DNA of 64,000 nucleotides from positions 4,192,001-4,256,000 of the forward strand of contig CBDFLE010000006.1 of the NCBI GenBank assembly GCA_965248925.1, in the 5' to 3' direction. The stretch is from Candidatus Multivoradales bacterium (GTDB lineage: Bacteria > Acidobacteriota > Thermoanaerobaculia > Multivoradales > J023). How positions within the stretch are numbered: position 1 is the stretch's first letter; each line of letters begins with the position of its first letter. Below the pieces are notes generated by a model. The model saw nothing but the letters and a program-made list of their open reading frames with translations, was not told where the DNA came from and did no database searches. Positions 11,034 through 21,500 of the stretch are shown here, piece after piece. The translations under genes and the position numbers were made by a program.

Positions 11034-12491
11034 ATGGGTGAGCTGCGGCAGATCTTGAAGTTGCGCGCCGTGCTCCTGTGGCGCTGGCTGATGGAGCATG
11101 CCTTTGTCCTCTTCGTGCTGGCGCCGGTGCCCCTGGGCGGAGCCCTGTGGATAGCCTCGCGGTATCTGCCCTTGTTGCGCCAGGACCTGGCGCCGCTGCT
11201 GTTCGGCGGTGGTGGACTAATGCTGGCGGTCGTCGCTACCGCGGCGCTATTGCCCGGGGCGCTCAGCGAACTCTTTCCGCGCCGCTCCTCCGCCGATCAG
11301 CTACTAGATATTCTGCCGATTTCAGAAGCCCTGCGCTTGCACGGCGCGTTGGCGGGGATGATGGTGCGGGCGCTGCCGATCGCTCTGCTGCTGTCAGCCG
11401 GCTGCTATTGGCTAGGGGATTCGCCGCCAGGGCGCCTGGTTGGCTGGGCCGGTTGGCTGGTGCTCGTACTGTGGAGCCTGGTGCCCGGCGTGCTGCTGCT
11501 GGCACTAGGGCTAGGGGTTTGGCGCCAAGCGCGAGCTTCGTATCGTCGTTGGCTGTTGCTGAGTGCTTTGGCCGCCAGCTGGCTGTTGTGGGTCCTCGAT
11601 CGGGGCGTGGCGGGCACTCTCTTGGCCAGCCCTTGGTTGCCGGCGGCGAAGATGATCGAGAGAGTGTTCGGCGAAGTGCTCGGAGAGGCTCAGCCGCCGG
11701 TCGCGCTTTGGCCCCTTGCCTTGGTGGCGGCGGCTTCGTACCTGCTCTGTCGCCTGTTGATCGGCACCTGGCGCCGGTCTGTCCTCGACAGCGCTCGGTG
11801 GGGCGCCAAAGCCGATTTCGGTTCCCGGTTGGCGCGGGTAGCGACGGCCTTCTTGCCGGCGCCACTGAGGGTGCAGGTGCGGCGTGATCTATTGCAGGTG
11901 CTGCGCCGCTTCTCACCGGCGGTTGGCTTGGCGGTGAGCGGTTCGGCCTTGCTGCTACTCGCTGCCGGAGCGGCGCTGTCGCAAGCGGCTCTCGAGCCCT
12001 ATTTGCGCGGTCGACTGGCCTTGTTGGCGGCGGCCGCGGCGGTATTACCGATCAGTGGGCTGGCCCCGCTATTGTTAGCTCGGCAACAGCCGCGGTTCTG
12101 GATCGAGCGGGCGAGCGGAGTGGAACGTCAGCTGGTGTGGCGCGCCAAGTTGTGGTCGGCCCGGCTGCTGGCGCTGCCGGCGGTACTGGGGGGTGCCGCT
12201 TTGGTGCTGGCCAGTCAAGCGGCCGCGGGGTGGCAGTTGGCGTTGGTGGTAGGGGAGCTGGTGGTGATCGCCTGGATGCTGTCGTCGATACTTGGGGTGG
12301 CGGGTTTCGAAACCGCTGAGCAGCCCTCCGTAGGACTGGTCTTTGGTGGTTTGCTGGGACTTGCGGTAGCTAGCTTTCTGATCTTTTATCGGCCGTTCTG
12401 GATTTTGGGCGTGGCGGGCTATTTCTATGTTTTCAATATGCTGGGTGAACGCGCCACCTTGCGGGTGTGGTTCATGGAGGCCGAGCGATGA
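11034..12491 (+). CDS. multi-pass membrane protein, probable ABC exporter permease
   Basis: Many hydrophobic segments; coupled to downstream ABC ATPase. Confidence 0.75.
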   Translation: MGELRQILKLRAVLLWRWLMEHAFVLFVLAPVPLGGALWIASRYLPLLRQDLAPLLFGGGGLMLAVVATAALLPGALSELFPRRSSADQLLDILPISEALRLHGALAGMMVRALPIALLLSAGCYWLGDSPPGRLVGWAGWLVLVLWSLVPGVLLLALGLGVWRQARASYRRWLLLSALAASWLLWVLDRGVAGTLLASPWLPAAKMIERVFGEVLGEAQPPVALWPLALVAAASYLLCRLLIGTWRRSVLDSARWGAKADFGSRLARVATAFLPAPLRVQVRRDLLQVLRRFSPAVGLAVSGSALLLLAAGAALSQAALEPYLRGRLALLAAAAAVLPISGLAPLLLARQQPRFWIERASGVERQLVWRAKLWSARLLALPAVLGGAALVLASQAAAGWQLALVVGELVVIAWMLSSILGVAGFETAEQPSVGLVFGGLLGLAVASFLIFYRPFWILGVAGYFYVFNMLGERATLRVWFMEAER

Positions 12492-13234
12492 GTGATCTCC
12501 GAGATGCTCCGGCTTTGGTGGTCGACGGGGCGGTCAAGAGCTATGGCGAGTTGTTGGCGGTCGATCGAGTTTCTTTTACCGCAGAGGGTGAGATTTTCGG
12601 CCTCTTGGGTGGCAATGGAGCCGGCAAATCGACCTTGATGAAGGCAATTCTGAATTTGCTAGTGCTGGATTCCGGCAGCATTCGAGTGGCGGGCTTGGAT
12701 AGCAAACGGCAGAGCGTCGCGGCCCGGCGCCTGATTGGTTATCTGCCGGAAGAGCCGCGGCTTTACCAGCGTCTGACCGGCAATGAGCTGCTGGCCTTCG
12801 TCGCCGGAGTGCGTGGGCTCGACAATCCTACCGAACGCCGCCAGCTGCTGGCCGAACTCGATGGCGAGCGTGCTGGCCGGCTGCCAATCGGCGAGTGCTC
12901 ACTAGGCATGCGCAAAAAGATTGGGCTGGTCTCGGCCTTGATGGGCAAGCCTCGCCTGGTGCTACTCGACGAGCCCCTGAATGGTCTCGACACCGAGAGT
13001 ATGCGGCGTCTGCGGCTGATGATCGAAGAGATGGCTCAGGCGGGGACCACCTTCGTGCTCTCGTCGCATGTGATGTCGTTTGTCGAGCGGGTCTGCCAGC
13101 GCATGGCGGTGCTGCGTCAAGGCCGGCTGGTGGCGCTGGGCGATGGAGCTGAACTGAGGCGGGTCGCTGGGCTGCCCGAAGCTCTCTTCGAAGATGTCTT
13201 CCTTAAGCTGGCGGTCGATCCGCTCGATTCCTGA
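12488..13234 (+). CDS. ABC transporter ATP-binding protein
   Basis: GGNGAGKST, SLGMRKK, LLDEP, SSH. Confidence 0.93.
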   Translation: MSDLRDAPALVVDGAVKSYGELLAVDRVSFTAEGEIFGLLGGNGAGKSTLMKAILNLLVLDSGSIRVAGLDSKRQSVAARRLIGYLPEEPRLYQRLTGNELLAFVAGVRGLDNPTERRQLLAELDGERAGRLPIGECSLGMRKKIGLVSALMGKPRLVLLDEPLNGLDTESMRRLRLMIEEMAQAGTTFVLSSHVMSFVERVCQRMAVLRQGRLVALGDGAELRRVAGLPEALFEDVFLKLAVDPLDS

Positions 13235-13280
13235 GAGTCTGAACCCAACTCCTCGGCAACGCTAAATCGGCAACCGGGGG

Positions 13281-14465
13281 TCAGAGCAGCAGCTGTAGGA
13301 TCTCAAGGTAGCTCTCTGCGGTCATTGGTCGCGGGTTGGAGTCGTTAGAGCCGTTAGCTACCGCCCGTTCGGCGATCCGCGGATAGTCGGCTGTCGGTAT
13401 CGCGAAGGCGGCGAAAGTCGGCACCGCCAAGCGGTGCAGCAGTTCGGCCAGCAGCTCGATTACCCGCTCGGCGGCTTCGCCGGTCGGCCTACCGTCGGCT
13501 GCGGCGGGGCTCAGCCAGGGCAGCACGGAAGCCAGGGCGGCATCACTGTGCGGCCGGTTGTAGCGCAGAACCGGCAACAGCAGCACCGCGTTGGCCAAGC
13601 CATGGGGTACATCGTAGAGTCCGCCGAGGGTCTCCGACAAGCAGTGGACGGCGGCGACATCGGCGTTGCCGAAGGCGATGCCGGCCAAGGTGGCACCGCG
13701 CATCACCGCTTCGCGGGCACTGTCCTGGCCATTGATGTCGGCCGCCGCCGCCTCCAGGTTGTGGAACAAGAGGGCGAGAGCTCGGCCGGCAATCGCGTCC
13801 GAGACCGGATTGGACACCCTGCAGGTGATCGCTTCGAGGGCATGGGTCATCGCATCGACCCCGGTCCAGGCCACCAGATCGGCCGGTAGGGTGCGGATCA
13901 GCTCGGCGTCGACCAATGCCTGGTCGGGAAACATGCCGTCGCCCTTGACGCTGATCTTCGACTGCTGCTGCGGATCGCTCAGCACTGATACCCAGGTGAC
14001 TTCAGAGCCGGTGCCGCAGGTGGTGGGAATGGCGATCAAGGGCAGCGGTGGGTTGGCGAAGCGATTCTTGCCGACGAAATCGCTGGCTTTGCCCGAGTTG
14101 GTGGCCAGCATGGCGGCTGCTTTGGCGGCGTCCAGCACGCTGCCGCCGCCGAGACCGACCACCGCCTGCAGGTCTTGCTCACGGATGAGCTCGGCGGCGC
14201 GCTCGGCGGTGGTGGTGCGGGGGTTGGGCTCGACGGTGTCGAATTCCACCCGCCGGAGGCCGGCCTGATCGAGCACTCGGCGGGCCTTGGCCGGCCATTC
14301 GGTGTTGGCGAGGCCGCGATCGAGCACCAATAAAGTGCTGCTGGCGCCGACTGAGCGGACCACTTCACCGAGGCGCGCTAGTGAACCTTCGGCGATGTGG
14401 ACGTGGGTAGGTAGGCGAAATCCGATCATCGTTTGCATTCTCAAGCGGGCAGACTCTCTCTGCAT
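13281..14465 (-). CDS. iron-containing alcohol dehydrogenase (start may be 14429)
   Basis: GLGGGSVLDAAK, PTTCGTGSEVT, DAMTHALE, H..HGLANA. Confidence 0.93.
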   Translation of the reverse strand: MQRESARLRMQTMIGFRLPTHVHIAEGSLARLGEVVRSVGASSTLLVLDRGLANTEWPAKARRVLDQAGLRRVEFDTVEPNPRTTTAERAAELIREQDLQAVVGLGGGSVLDAAKAAAMLATNSGKASDFVGKNRFANPPLPLIAIPTTCGTGSEVTWVSVLSDPQQQSKISVKGDGMFPDQALVDAELIRTLPADLVAWTGVDAMTHALEAITCRVSNPVSDAIAGRALALLFHNLEAAAADINGQDSAREAVMRGATLAGIAFGNADVAAVHCLSETLGGLYDVPHGLANAVLLLPVLRYNRPHSDAALASVLPWLSPAAADGRPTGEAAERVIELLAELLHRLAVPTFAAFAIPTADYPRIAERAVANGSNDSNPRPMTAESYLEILQLLL

Positions 14466-14478
14466 CTCAGGTCAGGGG

Positions 14479-15705
14479 TTAGTTCAACGGTCGCCGGATG
14501 ACCACCAAGGTACGATCGTCTGAGGACGGTTCCCCCGCGGTCCACTGCTCCAACTCAGCGAAGACCCGTTGGACGATTTCTTGCGCCGGCAGCTGGCGGA
14601 GGTCGGCGATTCTGTCGGCCAGCCGGCAAGCGCCGAATTCTTCGCCGGCCAACAAGCTCCCCGTAGCCGCCGCGGCTTCGGTGATGCCGTCGGTGTAGAG
14701 CACTACCAGGTCTCCTTTTTCCAGGCGCACGAAACCACGTTCATAGCGAGCGTCCCGCACCGGGCCGAGCACTGGGCCACCCTGCTCGAGGGTCAACGCC
14801 TCGCCCGCCGCGGTTAGGTAGAGCGGCGCCGGGTGACCCGCGTTGACGTAGATGAAGTTGTGGTTGAGTTCGAGTTCGCCGTAGAACAAAGAAACAAAAC
14901 GGCTGCTCAGTGTACTGCCGGCGATGATCGCGTTGAGCCGTTCGATGGTGAAGACCATTTTGAAGTCACGGCCCAAGCCCATGCGCAGTCCGGTGTAGAT
15001 GTCGCGCACTTGCATCGCCGCAGGCAAGCCGTGACCGGTGACATCGGCGACCATCAAACCGAGGATCTTGTCGGAGATCGGGATGTAGTCAAAAATGTCG
15101 CCGCCAACGCTTTCCATCGCCTCGCTGTGACCGCTGATGTCGTAAGCACCGAAGGCCGGCTGAGGGTCTGGCAGCAGCGCGTTCTGCAGCCGCCGGATCT
15201 CCCGCACTGAGTCATCCAGCTGCTCTTGGCGCAGGGTTTGATTGGCGATGTGGCGGATCACACCGAGGGTGTAGAGCACGTCCCGGCGATCCCGGCCTGG
15301 CTCGATATCGAAGCCCAGCAAGTAGGATTTTCGGCCCAGTTCGACGGCGGCGAAACCGGCCGCTCCCAACCGCTGTTCGAGCTGTGGATCCAGTCGCGGG
15401 TCGCCTGGGAGCATGTAGATGTGGCCGCGCTCCAGCACCAAAGCCACCGGCGGATAGGAGCGCGGTATCCGCTGCCCGTCCTCGACCACGCCGCCGGGGA
15501 ACCTCTCCAGCAGGATGAAACCGTCGCCCTCGCGGCCGTAAAGCCGCACGCCTTGCACGCCGAGTTCATCGCGAAAGTTGGCCAAGATTTCCTCGGCCAG
15601 ACGATGGATGATGGTCTTCGGATCGTCGCGTTCGATAGCCTGCGCGATGTTCTCTACTTTGATCATCAAGCGGCGATAGTCAACCGCGGTCTTTTTTCTG
15701 CTCAA
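14479..15705 (-). CDS. PP2C/SpoIIE (RsbU-like) serine phosphatase with N-terminal GAF-like region
   Basis: VGGDIFD, ADVTGHG, NAGHP, YTDGITE, DDRT. Confidence 0.9.
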   Translation of the reverse strand: MSRKKTAVDYRRLMIKVENIAQAIERDDPKTIIHRLAEEILANFRDELGVQGVRLYGREGDGFILLERFPGGVVEDGQRIPRSYPPVALVLERGHIYMLPGDPRLDPQLEQRLGAAGFAAVELGRKSYLLGFDIEPGRDRRDVLYTLGVIRHIANQTLRQEQLDDSVREIRRLQNALLPDPQPAFGAYDISGHSEAMESVGGDIFDYIPISDKILGLMVADVTGHGLPAAMQVRDIYTGLRMGLGRDFKMVFTIERLNAIIAGSTLSSRFVSLFYGELELNHNFIYVNAGHPAPLYLTAAGEALTLEQGGPVLGPVRDARYERGFVRLEKGDLVVLYTDGITEAAAATGSLLAGEEFGACRLADRIADLRQLPAQEIVQRVFAELEQWTAGEPSSDDRTLVVIRRPLN

Positions 15706-15744
15706 GAATGCCTCCCTGGGTGAACGGCAGCGAGCCTATCCGAT

Positions 15745-15950
15745 CGCGCACCGGGCGGTGAGCCCGCGGCGGCAATCTTTGTCTAGACTGGCCGCAGAGC
15801 GATCCTCGGTGCGCTGTAGAGAATAGGGCTCGAAAGACCGATCACGGAGAGCAGCCATGACCTCGAGCCTCAGCCCTGAGAAGACTCGGCGAAGCGTCCT
15901 GACCCCCGCGATGATCGGCTGTAGCTTCGGCTGTGGGGTGCCCGCCGTGC
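15745..15950 (+). repeat. diverged direct repeat A, copy 1 (upstream region + 5' end of a small membrane-protein gene)
   Basis: Aligns to about 38856-39060: aatctttg..agactggccg..agagc, cacggaga.cagccatgac, cctgagaagactcggcg; MTSSLSPEKTRRSVLT vs MTSSPSPEKTRRSALT. Confidence 0.85.
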
Positions 15951-16135
15951 TCAAGGGTAGCCGGTACCTCTTGCTCAAAGGACTGGACAAGCTCAAGCCC
16001 TCCTCCCTGGAGCACCTCGCCCTCCTCATGGAGTTGAGCCAGCCCCTCTACCAGGCCTATCTGCTCAAAGAGGAGCTGCGATGCTGCTGCAGCCTACCGA
16101 ACGAGGCGGCCGGCGAGGACTTCCTCGACGGTTGG
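15947..16135 (+). pseudogene. ISL3-family transposase internal fragment
   Basis: LKGSRYLLLK...L..L....QPLYQAYLLKEELR matches the ISL3 DDE region; no start, ends or IRs. Confidence 0.7.
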
Positions 16136-16145
16136 ACTACTCAGC

Positions 16146-16370
16146 GACGTCACCCTCGATTTCTTGACCAGCGACAAAAAGATGCCACAGGCCTGCAAGG
16201 ACCCGGAGAAGATCGAGCGCTGGCGATCCCTCGATGGTCTGCCCACCAGCGACCGAGACAAGATCCCCTACGTCGTCGATGGGCTGATCCGCGACGCGCG
16301 AGCTAGAACAGGCGTATAGCGCTCCCTGAGCCCAAGTACACCAAAGCCCGGCCGAGACCGGGCTTCTGCG
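16146..16370 (+). pseudogene. 3' fragment of XRE regulator gene plus hairpin (direct repeat B, copy 1)
   Basis: Highly similar to 24100-24324 (LDFL.SD..MPQA.KDPE.IERWRSL.GLPTSDRDKI); extra A frameshift near 16308. Confidence 0.85.
16343..16366. terminator. GC-rich hairpin AAAGCCCGG-ccgaga-CCGGGCTT
   Basis: Inverted repeat just after XRE stop; near-identical hairpin at 24296-24320. Confidence 0.55.
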
Positions 16371-16477
16371 AATCGGCTGGTACCTATGCTGGGCGACTTG
16401 GCGAATCGGCTGGCACCTATTTAGGCGCCGACTTGGCGAATCGGCTGGCACCTATTTAGGCGCCTATTTAGGCGCCT
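16368..16477 (+). repeat. left-flank nested repeats of the Y1 transposase (GCGAATCGGCTGGCACCTATTTA|GGCGCC)
   Basis: Three copies of gcgaatcggctgg(c/t)acctat at 16368, 16401, 16436; cctattta|ggcgcc junctions at 16423, 16458, 16470. Confidence 0.9.
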
Positions 16478-16579
16478 CAGAACTGAGGGAGTGCTCCGGC
16501 CGTCAGGGAGTAGAGCCGTAGATCGTCGCGCTCGAGGTCGGAGGCAAGAACCGAAGATCGTTTCGCGTCTCTGTAGAGT

Positions 16580-17521
16580 ATGGGACGAAATCTACGCTAC
16601 TTGCCGCGCTCCGGGATGCTTGTCGAAGTCACCTGCCGAACCATCCAGGGCCGCTTTCTGTTGCGACCAGGACAGGCATTGAACGAGATCTTCATTGGCT
16701 GCCTGGCCAAGGCTCGCGGTCTGTTCGCCGTCGACATTCACGCTGCCGTGGTGGTCTCCAGCCACTATCACCTTCTAGTTTCGCCAGCGGATAGCGAACA
16801 GTTGGCAAACTTCATGAGGCACCTCAACACCAACCTGTCGAAAGAGGTCGGCAGGATTCATGACTGGCCGGGCACAATTTTCAGCCGTCGCTATCGCGCG
16901 ATTCCAGTGGCCGATCAGGCAGAGATCCAGATTGCTCGACTTCGATACCTGCTGAGCCATGGTGCCAAGGAGGGAGTGGTTTACTCACCAGCGTGTTGGC
17001 CTGGAGCGAACTCGGTCGAGGCGCTTCTGACCGGCGAGCCTCTACGTGGCACCTGGTTCGACCGGAGTCGGGAATGCGCCGCCCGCCAACGGAGGGAATC
17101 TCCATCTCCGAGAGCCTTCGCCACAGAGATGGAGGTCACGCTCCAGCCGCTACCTTGTTGGCGGCATCTGCCACCAGAGGCACGGCAAGCTCGAGTGCGG
17201 AGCTTGATTGAGGAGATCGAAAAGCAGACCCTGGCCATGCACGCCGAACGCGGCACTGAGCCGATAGGTCCCCGTCGCGCTCGGAGAGTCCATCCCCACC
17301 ACCGGCCGAGTCAGGTAAGAAGGTCGCCGGCACCGCGTTTCCATGCTTGGAGCCGGCGACAGCGGCGGCGGCTGGAGAGCGCGTATGCTGAATTCGTCGC
17401 CGCGTATCGCGTTGCTGCCGAGCGCTGGCGAGCAGGTGATTGCTCTGCCAGTTTCCCCGACGGAAGTTTTCGGCCAGCGATGCCCTTTGTTCGGGCTCTG
17501 GAGTCCGTGGCGCCCGGATAG
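16580..17521 (+). mobile_element. HUH/Y1 tyrosine transposase (RAYT-like, IS200/IS605 superfamily), intact ORF
   Basis: N-terminal VEVTCRT..GRFLL, HUH motif SHYHLLV, FSRRYRA, catalytic-Tyr region LRYLLSHGAKEGVV..P..WPG.NS. Confidence 0.88.
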
Positions 17522-17666
17522 GCGAAGCGCCTTGATCGCCACCGGGGTCATCGCCAGGCCAGGAAGTTTTCTGAGGACCACCGAGTGGGTGGTCGGTGCC
17601 AACGGCTTTTCGGAAAGTACCCGTAGGGGTGATTTTGGGTCTCTCGGAGCGGGAACCAGAGATTCC

Positions 17667-18055
17667 GGTTCAGCTTGCCCTCCTAAATCGTTCGGAGGAG
17701 TAGGTGGCTCAGCCGATTCCAGGAGCGCAGGTGGTTACCAAGCTCACCTCTTCCAAGAGATGTTTGGCACCTTCTTGGTTCAGCACCTTCTTGGTTCAGC
17801 ACCTTCTTGGTTCAGCTTGCCCTCCTAAATCGTTCGGAGGAGTAGGTGGCTCAGCCGATTCCAGGAGCGCAGGTGGTTACCAAGCTCACCTCTTCCAAGA
17901 GATGTTTGGCACCTTCTTGGTTACCAAGCTCACCTCTTCCAAGAGATGTTTGGCACCTTCTTGGCTCAGCCGATTCCAGGAGCGCAGGTGGTTACCAAGC
18001 TCACCTCTTCCAAGAGATGTTTGGCACCTTCTTGGCACCTTCTTGGCACCTTCTT
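17667..18055 (+). repeat. right-flank nested tandem duplication array, all units ending CACCTTCTT|GG
   Basis: Units of 110, 16, 16, 110, 44, 71, 11 and 11 bp ending at 17776, 17792, 17808, 17918, 17962, 18033, 18044, 18055. Confidence 0.95.
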
Positions 18056-18579
18056 GGCAGCCGCCAAACAAGCAGTTCTTGGTTAGATTAGCAAAGCCCT
18101 TGAGCGTAGATCCAGCGAACTCATCCCGGCCTGCTGACTGGTCTGCCAATCGAGAGCGACTTGCTGCTCTGCGTAGGAGCGACACGGATAGAGGTTAGCG
18201 AGTTAGTCCTATTGCTAGCGTCTCGCCGCGTGCTAACCTAGAATTTCAGGTGAATCTCGCCTTATTCAGCTTTCAATCGACCAGGACCTCAAGGGTGCTT
18301 GAGGCTTCTGTATCCCAGGGGGGCCTGCTCTTCACTGAGCCCGGCCGTGGTGCGACCGGTTGTGACTTGGGACCGCATCTTCGGTCTATTTGGACAGCGC
18401 ACTGAGAGCCCCGGGGGAGGCGCCGAGTCGATTGGCCCTTGTTCCTGGGCACTCTTTCTTGCGGTACTTGAATCAGCCTCTGGAGCAGAACAGCATGAAG
18501 TTCTTCAAGATTAAGTACGCCAGAATGGAGAAGTTCCATTGATCACTGTACGCAGTTCCTCGGGCGGAAGGGAGTCGAA

Positions 18580-21500
18580 ATGGGTCAGCAAGTGCATCTC
18601 TTGATCGGTAGCGATCTCGATAGCAAAGCGAAGGGCGTTGAACGGACACCTGGACAAAGTGGGGCCTCCAGGCGCCTGCGGAGCGCTGCCGTGTTGGTTG
18701 CCTTCCTCGCCTTCTTTCCCTTGCTGCCGGCTGGCGCAGAAACCGTTGTCATCGACAACACCACCGCAGGCAGCATCGATGCCTCGACCACCTGTGGTGG
18801 CAGTGAGCTAACCCGTACCTTCACCGTATCCGAAAGTTTCCTGGTGGAAGATGTGGATCTTGGATTCAATGCCTCCCACTTCTGGCGGGGTGACATCCAG
18901 GTCACTCTGCAATCACCGGCCGCAACCTCCGTGGTCATCATCGCTTCGGACGGACTCAACTTCGACAACTACGACCTGGCTCTCGACGACGACGTCGCCG
19001 ACGCGGTCAACGACGGCGACGCGGATACCATCAGCGCCCCGCTCTACCATCTGGACCGTAGCGCCAGCCCGAGCAATCCGTTGGGCACCTTTGTCGGCGA
19101 GAACGTCAATGGCACCTGGACCCTGCTAATCTGTGACACTTTCTCCGGCGCCGATGACGGCACCTTCAACAGCGCTCAGCTGACCTTGCGAGGGCCGGAC
19201 TCAGCTGCGGCGGCCATCGACTGCGTCAACACCGGTAGTGACGGCGACGCGGCCGGCCTCTCGGGGGTCATCAACGCCTACTTCTCACCGGCCGCCAGCG
19301 CCGCCGCCGGAGATAGCTCTCTCCAGGTGACTTCTGCAACGGGACTGGCCGCCGGCGACAAGGTGCTGGTAATTCAGATGCAAGACAGCTCGATCGATTC
19401 CACTGACTCGAGTTCCTACGGCGATGGCTCCGCTGGCGACCCCGCAACCGGCAGCGTCACGGATCGCTGGAGCGGGTACTATGAATTTGTCGGCGTCACC
19501 TCAGTGACCGGCTCGGCACCCAGTATCACCCTAGGCCTTACCACCGCCCTGCAGAACAGCTATTGGTCTCGCGGGCGCTCCAGCTTTCAAGTCATCCGGG
19601 TTCCCCAATATGGAGACGTCACCTTGGGCGGCACCGTGACCGCCTCGGCGTGGAACGGCAGCACCGGCGGTGTGGTCGTTTTGGAAGCTGGCAGTACTCT
19701 GGACTTCAACGGCCAGAGCATCGTTCTCGATGGCCTTGGATTTCGTGGCGGGGTGAGCAACGACAGCGACACTCCGCCAAACTTCTCGGTCTACTTAACC
19801 ACTGACCTGGAAGTTGGAGCAGCCAAAGCAGAGGGTACTGCCGGCACCCCAGCGAGCTCTGGCGGCACCGGCTATCCTGCCGGCGACCTGGCCCGTGGTG
19901 CTCCCGCCAACGCTGGCGGCGGCGGCAACGAGCACAACGCAGGTGGCGGCGGCGGCGGCAATGGCGGCGCCGGCGGCCAGGGCGGTGACACCTGGATCGG
20001 ATTCGGCCAGACCCCCAACGGCGGGGTTGGCGGCGCGGTCTTTCCCGCTAGCCGAAACCGCTTGGTGCTCGGCGGCGGCGGCGGCGCGGGAGCCTCCAAC
20101 GATCTATCGTTCCCGGATGGAGGGAATGGCGGCGGCATCGTCATCATTCAGGCCTATGAAGTCGTCGGAACCGGAACGATTACCGCCGATGGCCTGGGCG
20201 GCGACCCGGCGGACTGCGATGCGGCGGGGGCCGGCGGAGCCGGTGGCTCGGTGCTGGTAGCGGCTCTCAATGGCTCCCTGGCCAATCTGGCTCTCGGTGC
20301 CGACGGCGGTAGCGGCGGCGATTCCACTTGCACAGCTGCCGACCTGCACGGCCCCGGTGGGGGCGGCGGGGGCGGCGCGATCTTCTACTCCACTGGAGCC
20401 GGCACGCCCACCACCTCCGTTGCCGCGGGATCGAGGGGTTCGTTTCTACCCGACATCGTCGCCTATGGTTCGAGCAGCGGACAGGCGGGTACTGTGTCCA
20501 CCTTCACCGCTACTGATTCGATCTGCACCACCTTGCCGGTGACGCTGGCGTCTTTCTCGTCGAGTCGCACCAGACACGGCTGGCAGCTGGAGTGGACCAC
20601 CGCCACTGAGACCTCGACGGTCGGCTACCAGATCTTCGGCCGGATCGGAGACCGTTGGCAGCCGCTCAACGACCCGCTCGTTCCTAGTCACCAAATCGAC
20701 TCCCTCGAGCCCCAACGGTATTCCCTGCAGAGCTACGCGGCTGAGGATTTCGAGGCTTTCAGCTTGGTCGACATTGACATCAAGGGGCGCCATGAGGCTC
20801 ACGGACCCTTCTTCCCGGGCCACCTAGAGGGTCGGGAGGTCGCGGCGAAGGCGATCGACTGGCGCTCCATCGCAGAACAGCGACCGGCCAATCGGCTTTC
20901 GGAAATAGCCCTGAAGAGATTTGACCGGGCATCTAGCGTGGCCGGCAAGATCGCCGGAGGAAAGACACCCACCGCCCTGTGGGTGGACACCGACGGCATC
21001 TACCGGTCGACTCATGAGGAGCTGCTGGCAGCGGGTTTCGATTTCCGCGGCGTGCCGGTGCACCAGATGGCCCTGGAAGATCCTTCCCATGGTTTGGTGC
21101 CGGTCTACATCCAGGGATCCAGGTCCAACCCGCAGGTGTTCGGCCCCGGCGGGTTCGTCGAGTTTCTAGGACGCGCGGTTCGCGACAGCCAGTACACTCG
21201 GAGTCGGGTGTACCACCTCAAGCGGACCCGGAGCAACCTGCCGGTCCGGGTGGTGTCTGCGACGCCTCAGCACCTCCCACCTGCCGTTGGATACGAGGAG
21301 TCGCGAGAGGTTCACCAACAGAATTTCTATAGTTTCGCCTCCCCCAACGGGGATCCTTGGTACCAGGCATCCATTCTTGCCAACGGCGGAGCGGCGAGCC
21401 GGACCTTCGACATCGAAATCGACGCCCTGGCACCGAATGGTGATGCGGTATTGGAAGTAGATCTGTGGGGCGTCACCAATTGGCCGGGATCGGAGCCGGA

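Noticed and set aside
17667-18055. CRISPR array
   Set aside because: No unique spacers, unit lengths vary from 11 to 110 bp, and no cas genes are present; the units are nested copies of one sequence.
17343-18198. ORFs 17343-17828, 17704-18198, 17846-18091 and 17886-18185
   Set aside because: Translations of the repeat array with no protein-like features.
19900-20400. GGC-rich repeats in the C25 gene as contingency repeats
   Set aside because: In-frame Gly-rich coding sequence with mixed codons.
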